A stretch of DNA of 64,000 nucleotides, from contig CAWGAA010000001.1 of NCBI GenBank assembly GCA_963820525.1, positions 1,088,001 to 1,152,000 of the forward strand, read 5' to 3'. The notes below the pieces were generated by a model. That model saw only the letters and a list, made by a program, of their open reading frames with translations, had not been told where the DNA came from and made no database searches. This document shows, piece by piece, positions 10,356 through 17,795 of the stretch (within the stretch, counting starts at the first letter, position 1; every line of letters begins with the position of its first letter). The DNA comes from an uncultured Spirochaetota bacterium (GTDB lineage: Bacteria; Spirochaetota; Spirochaetia; SZUA-6; Fen-1364). The position numbers and the translations under genes are program-made.

Positions 10356-11051
10356 ATGGCCGGTCGACAGATCGATCGAGACAAGCTTAGGGCGGCCGTC
10401 CGCAGGCTGGGCGATGAGTACGTGTTCTATATGTTGGACGAGGCTATCGACCTCTTGCCCCAGGCGAAGCTCCTGAAGCTGGCAAAGCACTATATCGACC
10501 CGTCGAAGCTTGAACCGGATGGCAAGGCCGAAGGGAGCCTGCTCTCCGACGTGAAGGTTTTCGAGAAGGCGAGCTTGGCCGGCGAGTACTACGAGAGCTT
10601 CAATGTCAACTCGAAGAACTGCGTGGAAAAATCCACCGGCACCAGGGCTTGGATCGCCGATTGTCACCGGCTACTCGACCGCTGCGTGGCCCAGGAAAGG
10701 AAGGGCGATCCCGCCGATGTGCGCCAGGCTTTCGAAATCATCTTCGGGGTATTGGACCGCATCGACGAGTGTCTCGACGACGTCATCTTTTTCGCCGACG
10801 AGGCGGGATCGTGGCAGGTCGGCGTCGACTGGAACAAGGTCCTGCCTTCCTGGTTCAGGGTTCTTTCGGCAACTGCCGAGCCCGCGGAGTACGCCGAAAG
10901 GATCACGGTTTTGCTGGAGCGCCACTACAACTACGGGAGCAGGAAGATGCTCGCCGTCGCACGAAGGACGGCGACACCACAGCAACGTAAGGCCCTTTCT
11001 TGCGTCGTGAATCGGAAACCAAGTCAGCGACTACGCTGCAGGAAATCATGA
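10356..11051 (+). CDS. Hypothetical protein (island operon gene)
   Basis: GGGAG RBS; SLAGEYYESFNVNSKN and IFFADEAGSWQVGVDW segments; coupled to the next gene. Confidence 0.7.
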   Translation: MAGRQIDRDKLRAAVRRLGDEYVFYMLDEAIDLLPQAKLLKLAKHYIDPSKLEPDGKAEGSLLSDVKVFEKASLAGEYYESFNVNSKNCVEKSTGTRAWIADCHRLLDRCVAQERKGDPADVRQAFEIIFGVLDRIDECLDDVIFFADEAGSWQVGVDWNKVLPSWFRVLSATAEPAEYAERITVLLERHYNYGSRKMLAVARRTATPQQRKALSCVVNRKPSQRLRCRKS

Positions 11052-12187
11052 GCGAATACCAGTACTACGAGTTCCAGGCGATCGACCGGCCGCTCAGCGC
11101 GAAGGAGATGAGCGTGCTGCGGTCATACTCGACGCGGGCCCGCATCACGCCGACGAGCTTCGTCAATCACTACGAGTGGGGCAGCTTCAAGGGCGACGAG
11201 GACGCGTGGATGGAAAAGTACTTCGACGCGTTCGTGTACCTCGCCAATTGGGGCACGCACGTGCTTAAGCTGCGATTGTCGTCGAGGCTGCTCGATCCGG
11301 CAATGGCCGGGAAGTACTGCGGCGGCAATAGCGCCTTCATCCACGAGAAAGCCGGCAAGGTCATCCTGACCTTCGTGTCCGAAGACGAGGAAGGCGGCGA
11401 GTGGGAAGAGGGTGAAGGCCAGCTCTCCTCGATGATCTCCGTGCGGACCGAGCTGGCGCGCGGTGACTTGCGGGCCCTGTACCTGGGCTGGCTGCTTCGG
11501 GCGCAAGCCCGGGAACTCGACGACGAAGATGTAGAGCCGCCCGTTCCGCCGGGCCTCGGTCAGCTCAGTGCATCGCTGGAAAGCCTGGCCTCGTTCCTGC
11601 GCATTGACGACGACCTGCTGCACGTGGCCGCCGAGACCAGCAGGCCGCTTGGAGACACGGATATAGATCGGAACGAGGTCCGAGCGTGGGTCGAGAAGCT
11701 GGCGACCAAGGAGAAGGACGCGCTAATCGCGAACCTCATAATGGATGCCGACCACACCCTGGTTACGGAGCTGCTACAGCGGTTCATCAAGGAGCGATCG
11801 ACTGAAACCACGACGGACACGGTCCGAAGACGGACCGTGAGGCAACTCTGCCGGGCAGCCGAGGCCTTCGCAACGAAGCGTAGTCGCATCGAGGCTCACA
11901 AGCGTGCCGAGGCGAAAGCCCGCCTCGAACGCAAAGCCGCCATCGCCAGGGAAAAACATCTCGACAGCCTCGTCGGCCGCGAGCAGAAGCTGTGGGCCAA
12001 GGTAGAAACGCTAATCGCCGCCACGCAGCCGAAAAGTTACGACCTGGCCTTGAAGATCCTTGTCGACCTGCGCGATCTGGACGTCCGCGGCAAGGGCGGC
12101 GACTTCGCTCTGCGCATGGAAACGCTCCGGCAGGCTCACGCTCGAAAGCCCAGCTTCATCGAGCGGCTCGGGAAGGCAGGGCTGTAA
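11048..12187 (+). CDS. Hypothetical protein of the MSEYQYYEF..IDRPL type
   Basis: ATGA overlap; 379 aa; GDLRALYLGWL and RKPSFIERL..AGL terminus. Confidence 0.75.
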   Translation: MSEYQYYEFQAIDRPLSAKEMSVLRSYSTRARITPTSFVNHYEWGSFKGDEDAWMEKYFDAFVYLANWGTHVLKLRLSSRLLDPAMAGKYCGGNSAFIHEKAGKVILTFVSEDEEGGEWEEGEGQLSSMISVRTELARGDLRALYLGWLLRAQARELDDEDVEPPVPPGLGQLSASLESLASFLRIDDDLLHVAAETSRPLGDTDIDRNEVRAWVEKLATKEKDALIANLIMDADHTLVTELLQRFIKERSTETTTDTVRRRTVRQLCRAAEAFATKRSRIEAHKRAEAKARLERKAAIAREKHLDSLVGREQKLWAKVETLIAATQPKSYDLALKILVDLRDLDVRGKGGDFALRMETLRQAHARKPSFIERLGKAGL

Positions 12188-12846
12188 TGGCGGCGAACAG
12201 GCACACCAGAAAACCTCTGGATCGGCGTAAGAAAACGACACCGAAATCGACAAAAGGTAGCCGGAAGAGCGTCTTGGGCAAAATGGCCCCATATGAGCTG
12301 GCCACCGTCCTGCAAGCCCTGCTGAAGAGACATCCGGAGCTCAAAGCCGAGGCGGAGGCGGCCGCCATCGGGATGGTGTCCGCCTTATCCGTCGAAGACA
12401 TCGCCGCGAAAGTGTTCGATGCAGTGACATCGCTCGGCCTCGAATCCCTTCACGGCCGCGCGGGCAATCAGCCGTGGGGCTACGTGGAGCCGGCAGACGC
12501 CGCCTGGGAATTGCTCGAAGAACCGGTCGAGGACATCATCGCCGACATGAAACGGTACATGGACCTCGGGCTGAAGACGGCGGCTGAAACGATCTGCTGT
12601 GGAATCGTGGCGGGTCTCCACAAGGCCGAGAGCGTCGGCTCAAACGGTCTGCTCGGTTGGGCGCCGGACTTTGCCGAAGAGGAAGCGTGTAATGCCGTCT
12701 TCGAGTTGATCCGCGCGTGCCCTGGCAAGGACCGCCGTGCCGTCCACGACAGGCTCGTCGAGGCTCTCGACGACCTCGTCCTGAACTGGCACAAAACGCT
12801 CTCTCAAACGGCAGTTCGCGCGTTACACAGCAGCTCGGTGTCGTGA
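12187..12846 (+). CDS. Hypothetical protein
   Basis: TAATG overlap; GRAGNQPWGYVEP.DAAWELLEE segment. Confidence 0.65.
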   Translation: MAANRHTRKPLDRRKKTTPKSTKGSRKSVLGKMAPYELATVLQALLKRHPELKAEAEAAAIGMVSALSVEDIAAKVFDAVTSLGLESLHGRAGNQPWGYVEPADAAWELLEEPVEDIIADMKRYMDLGLKTAAETICCGIVAGLHKAESVGSNGLLGWAPDFAEEEACNAVFELIRACPGKDRRAVHDRLVEALDDLVLNWHKTLSQTAVRALHSSSVS

Positions 12847-12885
12847 AAAACATACACACCCATGGTTAGAGTGCGGCCGGAATAC

Positions 12886-12978
12886 AGCTTCTTTTACTGT
12901 TTCCGCTTCCGTGATGAGTTGGGGATCAAGGGGGGAAGTCACGACGTATCCACATTCTTCGGCTTCTTCCAGCGTAAG
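12886..12978 (-). pseudogene. hicB: Internal fragment of a HicB antitoxin
   Basis: LTLEEAEECGYVVTSPLDPQLITEAETVKEA vs LTLQEAEEGGYVVTSPLDPQLITEADTVKEA in 33783-33995; no start codon. Confidence 0.85.
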
Positions 12979-12984
12979 TTTGAA

Positions 12985-13233
12985 TTACTTCTTGCTCGAC
13001 CTTGCTCCAGCGACCCGGTATTCGCGGTAGTCGAGACCGAGGGGGAAACGGCCGGCTTGGTTGTACCAGTTACCGGCAGAGCGTTTCAAGTCAGTAATCC
13101 CGGCGATGTTCATCTCTGGCAGGTGCGGGCCGTGGTAGAACTGCTCTCTTCGGGCGTTCCGCCGAATGAGGACAAATCGCGGCAGCGGCAAAGCGTCCTC
13201 GATCAGGCTTATGAATGAGGGCATTGATCGTTT
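12985..13233 (-). pseudogene. 'LIED' att-adjacent ORF remnant, copy 1 (putative HTH/recombinase-domain protein)
   Basis: FISLIEDALPLP...GPHLPEMNIA...GLDYREYRV aligns with 32456-32770. Confidence 0.6.
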
Positions 13234-13263
13234 GGTCGCTGGTTCGAGTCCGTCCGGGGGAGC
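13234..13263 (+). repeat. tRNA-Asn 3'-half direct repeat (att junction 2)
   Basis: GGTCGCTGGTTCGAGTCCGTCCGGGGGAGC, 28/30 identical to 7169-7198. Confidence 0.95.
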
Positions 13264-13275
13264 AAAGGAAAGGTC

Positions 13276-13315
13276 GAGCTGGCTCTCTCTGGCGTTCGCC
13301 ATGGAGAGCCGGCTC
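13276..13315 (+). terminator. R1-type hairpin
   Basis: GAGCTGGCTCTC..TGGCG-TT-CGCCA..GAGAGCCGGCTC. Confidence 0.65.
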
Positions 13316-13403
13316 TGACAATAGTCATTCCGCTTGGCGATTTCGGAAGTGCGGCGGGAGGAGCGGAAGTTTCAATAGGAGCGGCAGACCAATCTGGCAT
13401 GAG

Positions 13404-13682
13404 TCACTGGCGGCGCCATTCCATTCTTTCATACACATCCTTCCTGTGACAGACGCCAAGAATGAGAATGTCTTCACCTTCGATTTTCAGAACAATCCGA
13501 TAGTCCCCAACCCGCAGCTTTCTGTAGCCTTTCAGAGTTCTTCTCAATGGCTCCGAGTACTTGTCTGGAGATTCAAGTAGCCGCTGCTCAATGGCGACCT
13601 TGACTCTTTTCTGGATTGTCCGGCTGAGTTTTGGCAAGTCCTTTGCCTTGACGTCCGGGTGGTAGCTGAGGTGATAGGGCAC
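13404..13682 (-). CDS. relE: RelE/ParE-family toxin
   Basis: PLRRTLKGYRKLRVGDYRIV...HRKDVY signature. Confidence 0.9.
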   Translation of the reverse strand: MPYHLSYHPDVKAKDLPKLSRTIQKRVKVAIEQRLLESPDKYSEPLRRTLKGYRKLRVGDYRIVLKIEGEDILILGVCHRKDVYERMEWRRQ

Positions 13683-13684
13683 CT

Positions 13685-13912
13685 CTATCCCCAGACCTCA
13701 GCGTGCGTTAGGGTTTTCCGACGGGCTAGTGAATCAACACGCTCATCCGCAAAGCTCACGAGGGCAGAGTCCTCGAGGATTTCCAGAGCCTCCCGGACCA
13801 AGTCCCTGGTCACCATGGACAAGGACAATCCTCTCTCCTTCGCCATCCTCTCGATCAACGAATAGACCGGCCTTTCGAGGGCAACATTGATTCGGGGATT
13901 CTTGGTAGGCAT
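13685..13912 (-). CDS. RHH (CopG-like) antitoxin
   Basis: MPTKNPRINVAL..YSLIERMA..RGLSLSMVTRDLVREALE; directly upstream of the toxin; GGAGG RBS. Confidence 0.85.
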   Translation of the reverse strand: MPTKNPRINVALERPVYSLIERMAKERGLSLSMVTRDLVREALEILEDSALVSFADERVDSLARRKTLTHAEVWG

Positions 13913-13930
13913 TGCTTTCCTCCAAGGAAT

Positions 13931-13959
13931 AGTGTATCACTTATGAGACACTGTGGCAA
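13931..13959 (-). promoter_or_regulatory. Sigma70-type promoter with overlapping operator for the RelE/RHH operon
   Basis: TTGCCA-17 nt-TACACT, conserved at 33465-33493; AGTGT..ACACT dyad. Confidence 0.65.
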
Positions 13960-14257
13960 CTGCCCATGAGGGCGCTTGACCGCCGAGTAGGGCAATCGCG
14001 GCTGCCAAGGGGATCTGCAACGCCGAAAACGCCACTCCGAGAACATGGTCGCTGCGAGGTTGATCCACGGCCGCTTTTACTTTGAGCCCGTCGTTATCAG
14101 GAATGCCTTCACACGGCGCACAAGCCGCAAGCGCAAGGTTGTAGAGGAGCGACCTTGAGCGACATGAATCCGTCCTTTGCCGATTTCGGTGCTTGCCGTA
14201 TGAGAAATGGACGGTATCCTCGATCATTTGCAGCAAATGACCGCGTTACCAACCCGT
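13960..14257 (-). pseudogene. 'LIED' ORF remnant, copy 2 (strongly decayed)
   Basis: QMIEDTVHF and GIPDNDG; TCCTCGATCA DNA motif at a similar distance from the repeat. Confidence 0.4.
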
Positions 14258-14285
14258 TCGGCGGTTTGAGTCCGTCCGGGGGAGC
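14258..14285 (+). repeat. tRNA-Asn 3'-half direct repeat (att junction 3)
   Basis: TCGGCGGTTTGAGTCCGTCCGGGGGAGC, 27/28 to 7171-7198, followed by the R1-like GAGTCGAACTGG. Confidence 0.95.
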
Positions 14286-14385
14286 GAAGATTGAGTCGAA
14301 CTGGTTTCCCCTGGCTAACACGTCGCAGCTTGCAGGGGGCGTCCCCAAGGCGCCCAGGAGGATCCGGCTGAAGAACTGAGAGAGG

Positions 14386-14637
14386 CTACCCCGTGCTCTT
14401 CAGCTCCTCTCTGAGGATGCGGCGAAGGGTTTCCACGTCCAGCGGACGCGCTGACCTTCCCAGATACTCACGGAGGGCATCGTTTATCATGGTCTGGTAT
14501 CCCCGGCCGGCGGCATCCGCACGGTTGCGGAATTCCTCCAGAATCTCATCATCAAGGTAGATGCTGATCCTGCTCTTCCCTTTCTGAGGGATGACCGCCC
14601 CCCGCTTGGCCTTGCTGAAGTCATATTCCTTCCTCAT
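14386..14637 (-). CDS. brnA: BrnA antitoxin family protein
   Basis: MRKEYDFSKAKRG...RISIYLDDEILEEFR...GYQTMINDALR. Confidence 0.9.
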   Translation of the reverse strand: MRKEYDFSKAKRGAVIPQKGKSRISIYLDDEILEEFRNRADAAGRGYQTMINDALREYLGRSARPLDVETLRRILREELKSTG

Positions 14638-14893
14638 AGTTTTTCCTCTCACTCCTCGTCGCGGTCCTGGCCGAAATCAGCCGGATTGTCTGACCGCGAT
14701 AGGAGTAGACAATGACAACAATCCGGCCTGATGAATCCGTCCCCATGGACACGAACCGTTGCTCGCCGCGAGCCTGGGAATCCTCCCTTGTGAGGGCAAA
14801 GGGATCAAAGAGCACCGCCTCGGCGTCGGAGAAGCGAATCCCATGCTTCCTTTGATTCGACGCAGCTTTCCGGGGATCCCACACAACTTGCAT
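14621..14893 (-). CDS. brnT: BrnT family toxin
   Basis: WDPRKAASNQRKHGIRFSDA...GEQRF...IRLISARTATRSER. Confidence 0.9.
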   Translation of the reverse strand: MQVVWDPRKAASNQRKHGIRFSDAEAVLFDPFALTREDSQARGEQRFVSMGTDSSGRIVVIVYSYRGQTIRLISARTATRSERKNYEEGI

Positions 14894-15027
14894 ACTCAGA
14901 GCATATACATACATTATACATATATCAAGTGCCTGACGGCAATCGGAATACGGAGGGACGCAGGCAAAGTCGTATGGGGCCGCGAAAGCGAAATCATCGC
15001 TGAGCGGGTAGACGCTGGAGCTTAGAC

Positions 15028-15168
15028 TCAAGGATTTCCGAATGCGATGGCTGCGAGTGAAAGGCTGTACAGATGCGGCCTTGGAAAGCACAAGCTTTGT
15101 ATTTGCATGCTCCGGCTCCCTTTGTGCATGAAGCATAGCAAGTCCTCGATCAGCGGGATGGCCGACCG
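15028..15168 (-). pseudogene. 'LIED' ORF remnant, copy 3
   Basis: AIPLIEDLL...RPHLYSLSLA, in frame with APPDGLEP across the repeat. Confidence 0.5.
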
Positions 15169-15210
15169 TGTTAACGTCCAGGTCGCTGGTTCGAGTCCGT
15201 CCGGGGGAGC
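15169..15210 (+). repeat. tRNA-Asn 3'-half direct repeat from the anticodon loop (att junction 4)
   Basis: TGTTAACGTCCAGGTCGCTGGTTCGAGTCCGTCCGGGGGAGC, 37/42 to 7157-7198. Confidence 0.95.
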
Positions 15211-15220
15211 AGAGTTGGAC

Positions 15221-15257
15221 AGGCAGTCGGCACAGAGTCGACTGCCTTTTCTGTTTC
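15221..15257 (+). terminator. Rho-independent terminator; its antisense encodes a recombinase C-terminal tail ('R2' arm)
   Basis: AGGCAGTCGGC-ACAGA-GTCGACTGCCT then TTTCTGTTTC; antisense reads AQETEKAVDSVPTACPTLLPRTD. Confidence 0.75.
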
Positions 15258-15274
15258 TTGGGCGCAGCGGCAGG

Positions 15275-15745
15275 TCAGAGGGTCCGGCGCCAATAGAAGA
15301 TCGCCAGCTGGGTCCTACCACGCAGGTTCAGCTTCTCCAGCACCGTGGAGATGATGTTGCGGGCGCTGCCCTCGCTGATGAGGAGAGCGTCGGAGATCTC
15401 GCGGTTGGAGCAACCCCTGCGCCACCAACTCCGCCACCTCGTTCTCACGCGGCGTGAGGCCGGGTAGGGGCTGGGGATACGCGTCCGTGAGACGGTCCAG
15501 CATGCGCGCGTCCAGCACGGCGGTCTCCGTCATGAGGGCGCGAAGCCGCTACGCCATGCCGGCGGTGGGGGTGGATTTCAGCAGGTAGCCGGCCGCGCCG
15601 GCCTGGAGGGCCTCGCGGATACTCTGATCGTCCTCAAAGGTGGTGAGGATCATCACCCGGACCGTCGGCCAACGGCTTCGGATTTTTCGCGTCGCCTCGA
15701 TGCCGTCCATGCCCGGCATGCGCAGGTCCATGAGCACGGCGGGCG
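15275..15745 (-). pseudogene. NarL/LuxR response regulator, 5'-truncated with an internal stop and frameshift
   Basis: VLMDLRMPGMDGIEAT..ILTTFEDD..GAAGYLLK; LTPRENEVAELVAQG/SNREIS. Confidence 0.85.
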
Positions 15746-15897
15746 CCCACTTCCATACTGACCGCGTTTTTTTTGTCTAAAAAAATCCTTAAAAAGCTCT
15801 TGACAAGGATGATATTTAGTAGCATTATACACTTAATTGCTTTTTGCACTTATAGAATTATTACTTATAGATGTGTAGTGAAGGATGGAGAGAGACG

Positions 15898-16299
15898 ATG
15901 TACCAGTCAGGTGATTGCGGAAGCATGAAAGGGCATGGTGAAGGGTCTTGTAGCTGCGAATCCAGGCATGAGAAGTTCATCGATCCCTGCCTGCTTCTCC
16001 TCATTGCGCAAGATCCATCCCATGGCTACGACCTCATCGAGCGGCTTAAAAAATACGGCTTCGATGGGGTGGATCCCACCAGAGTGTATCGGCGCCTGCG
16101 CCATCTGGAGGATTGCGGATTCCTCGAATCCGCGTGGTCGACGGACACTCCCGGGCCCGCGCGTAGAGCGTACAGGATCACAAAGGAGGGCCTGGATTTC
16201 CTTCAGACATGGCCTCCCGCGGTCCAGAGATCGATCGAGTCGTACAAGTCTTTTATCGACGATTTGACCGCTCTGAAGAATAAGGGGCAAAAAGGGTGA
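15898..16299 (+). CDS. PadR-family transcriptional regulator
   Basis: LLLLIAQDPSHGYDLIERL..VYRRLRHLE..GPARRAYRITKEG. Confidence 0.9.
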   Translation: MYQSGDCGSMKGHGEGSCSCESRHEKFIDPCLLLLIAQDPSHGYDLIERLKKYGFDGVDPTRVYRRLRHLEDCGFLESAWSTDTPGPARRAYRITKEGLDFLQTWPPAVQRSIESYKSFIDDLTALKNKGQKG

Positions 16300-17246
16300 A
16301 AGCCATGCAAGACAACGACGCTGCCGTTGTTGCCGTTGAAGCGGATGGGCTGGTGAAACGCTTTGAGAAGAACATCGCCGTGGACCGCGTCAGCTTCCAG
16401 GTGAGAAGAGGGGAGATTTTCGGCTTTCTGGGGCCGAACGGTGCGGGCAAAACCACGACGGTGAGGATACTCACGGGTGTTCTCAAGGCAGACGGGGGGA
16501 GCGCGTTGATTTTCGGCGCCAGGGCCGGCAGTCTTGAAGCCAAACGATTCGCGGGCGTGGTGCCCGAAATGGCGAACGCTTATGGAGACCTGTCAGGGTG
16601 GAGCAATCTGATGTTGATGGCGGAACTCTCGGATGTTCCCACAAAAACGGCGAGAGAGAGGGCGACGAAGCTCCTTCGAGAACTTGGGCTTTTCGAGAGA
16701 AAAGGCGACCTCGTGAAGGGATACTCCAAGGGAATGAAACAGCGCCTGATCCTGGGCATGGCGCTCATCGGCGATCCGAAGATCCTGTTCCTGGACGAGC
16801 CGACCTCGGGATTGGACGTGCAGAGCGCTCGTCTCATCAATGACCTCCTGCGCGGCTTGAACGCGGACGGTACGACCATTTTTCTCACAACCCATGACAT
16901 GGACGAGGCAAACCGCCTCTGCAATCGTGTGGCCATCATAGATCGCGGGAGGATTGTCGCTACGGACGCGCCGGAGAAGCTCAAGAAAGCGACGAGCGGC
17001 ATGCACTCGATAGAGATCAGCTTCGATGGCGCAGCGAGCCTAGAATCGTTTGAGGGTATATCAGGAGTGAGGGAAGTGAAGAGAATCGGAGACAAGCTCA
17101 AGCTTTATACTACGGACCCGGGGGAGCTTGTGGTCGAGATGGTCTCCTACTCCCGCGCGAACGGGCTTAAAATCGTATCGCTCAATACGCCGATTCCCTC
17201 GCTCGAAGACGCCTTTCTGGCGCTCACACACAAAGGAGCATCGTGA
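16296..17246 (+). CDS. ABC transporter ATP-binding protein (DrrA/ABC-2 type)
   Basis: GPNGAGKTT, YSKGMKQR, LFLDEPT, TTH motifs. Confidence 0.95.
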   Translation: MKAMQDNDAAVVAVEADGLVKRFEKNIAVDRVSFQVRRGEIFGFLGPNGAGKTTTVRILTGVLKADGGSALIFGARAGSLEAKRFAGVVPEMANAYGDLSGWSNLMLMAELSDVPTKTARERATKLLRELGLFERKGDLVKGYSKGMKQRLILGMALIGDPKILFLDEPTSGLDVQSARLINDLLRGLNADGTTIFLTTHDMDEANRLCNRVAIIDRGRIVATDAPEKLKKATSGMHSIEISFDGAASLESFEGISGVREVKRIGDKLKLYTTDPGELVVEMVSYSRANGLKIVSLNTPIPSLEDAFLALTHKGAS

Positions 17247-17470
17247 TGCCGGCAATTTCAACAGCTCTGGGGCAGTCCAGGCGCGTATGGACCATCGCCA
17301 AGAAAGACATCCGCATCTACTATTCCAAGGGCCCGGTGGTGATATTCGGCATCATCTTCCCCGTTTTCCTTTTTCTTTCGTTCATGATCGGCAGGAGGCT
17401 GACCCTCGATTCCACGATGCCCGGGCTTATGGGAATGATCCTTTTCTTTTCCGCCACTGCAATATCCAGT
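17243..17470 (+). pseudogene. ABC-2 permease N-terminal fragment, followed by unrelated fragments
   Basis: WTIAKKDIRIYY..IIFPVFLFLSF...PGLMGMILFF; similarity ends abruptly near 17470. Confidence 0.7.
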
Positions 17471-17795
17471 TCCGCTCGTCATCGGATTGGTCCTACCTTA
17501 CTTTCTGTTCTCCCTGACGGTTCGGGAGTGGCTGGTTTTCATCTCGATCGGGACCCCGATCGGATTCCTTTCCCATATCCTCTTTTTTTTCCTGTTAGTA
17601 TACGGGATGTACATGCCGTTCATCCGCATACCGTCGATCTGGTTATGAAACCACGCAACGGCCTTCCTCGCCGCGTACGCGAATCCCCTGCTCGACTTTT
17701 AATCGAACGGTATCGTGAAAACGACGTGAGTCCTTATTCGGATGACTACTCAACGCAGATCTGCGTGCCGGTGGATAGAGTACGCTGGTTCCGCC

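Noticed and set aside
13234..15210. CRISPR array suggested by recurring ~30-bp repeats
   Set aside because: Repeats are tRNA 3' halves spaced ~1 kb apart by genes; no cas genes in the window.
16495..17127. Further GGGGGAGC matches (e.g. ~16495, ~17120, also ~34837, ~49747, ~60352)
   Set aside because: Inside intact genes or an RBS with no arm homology; expected by chance in GC-rich DNA.
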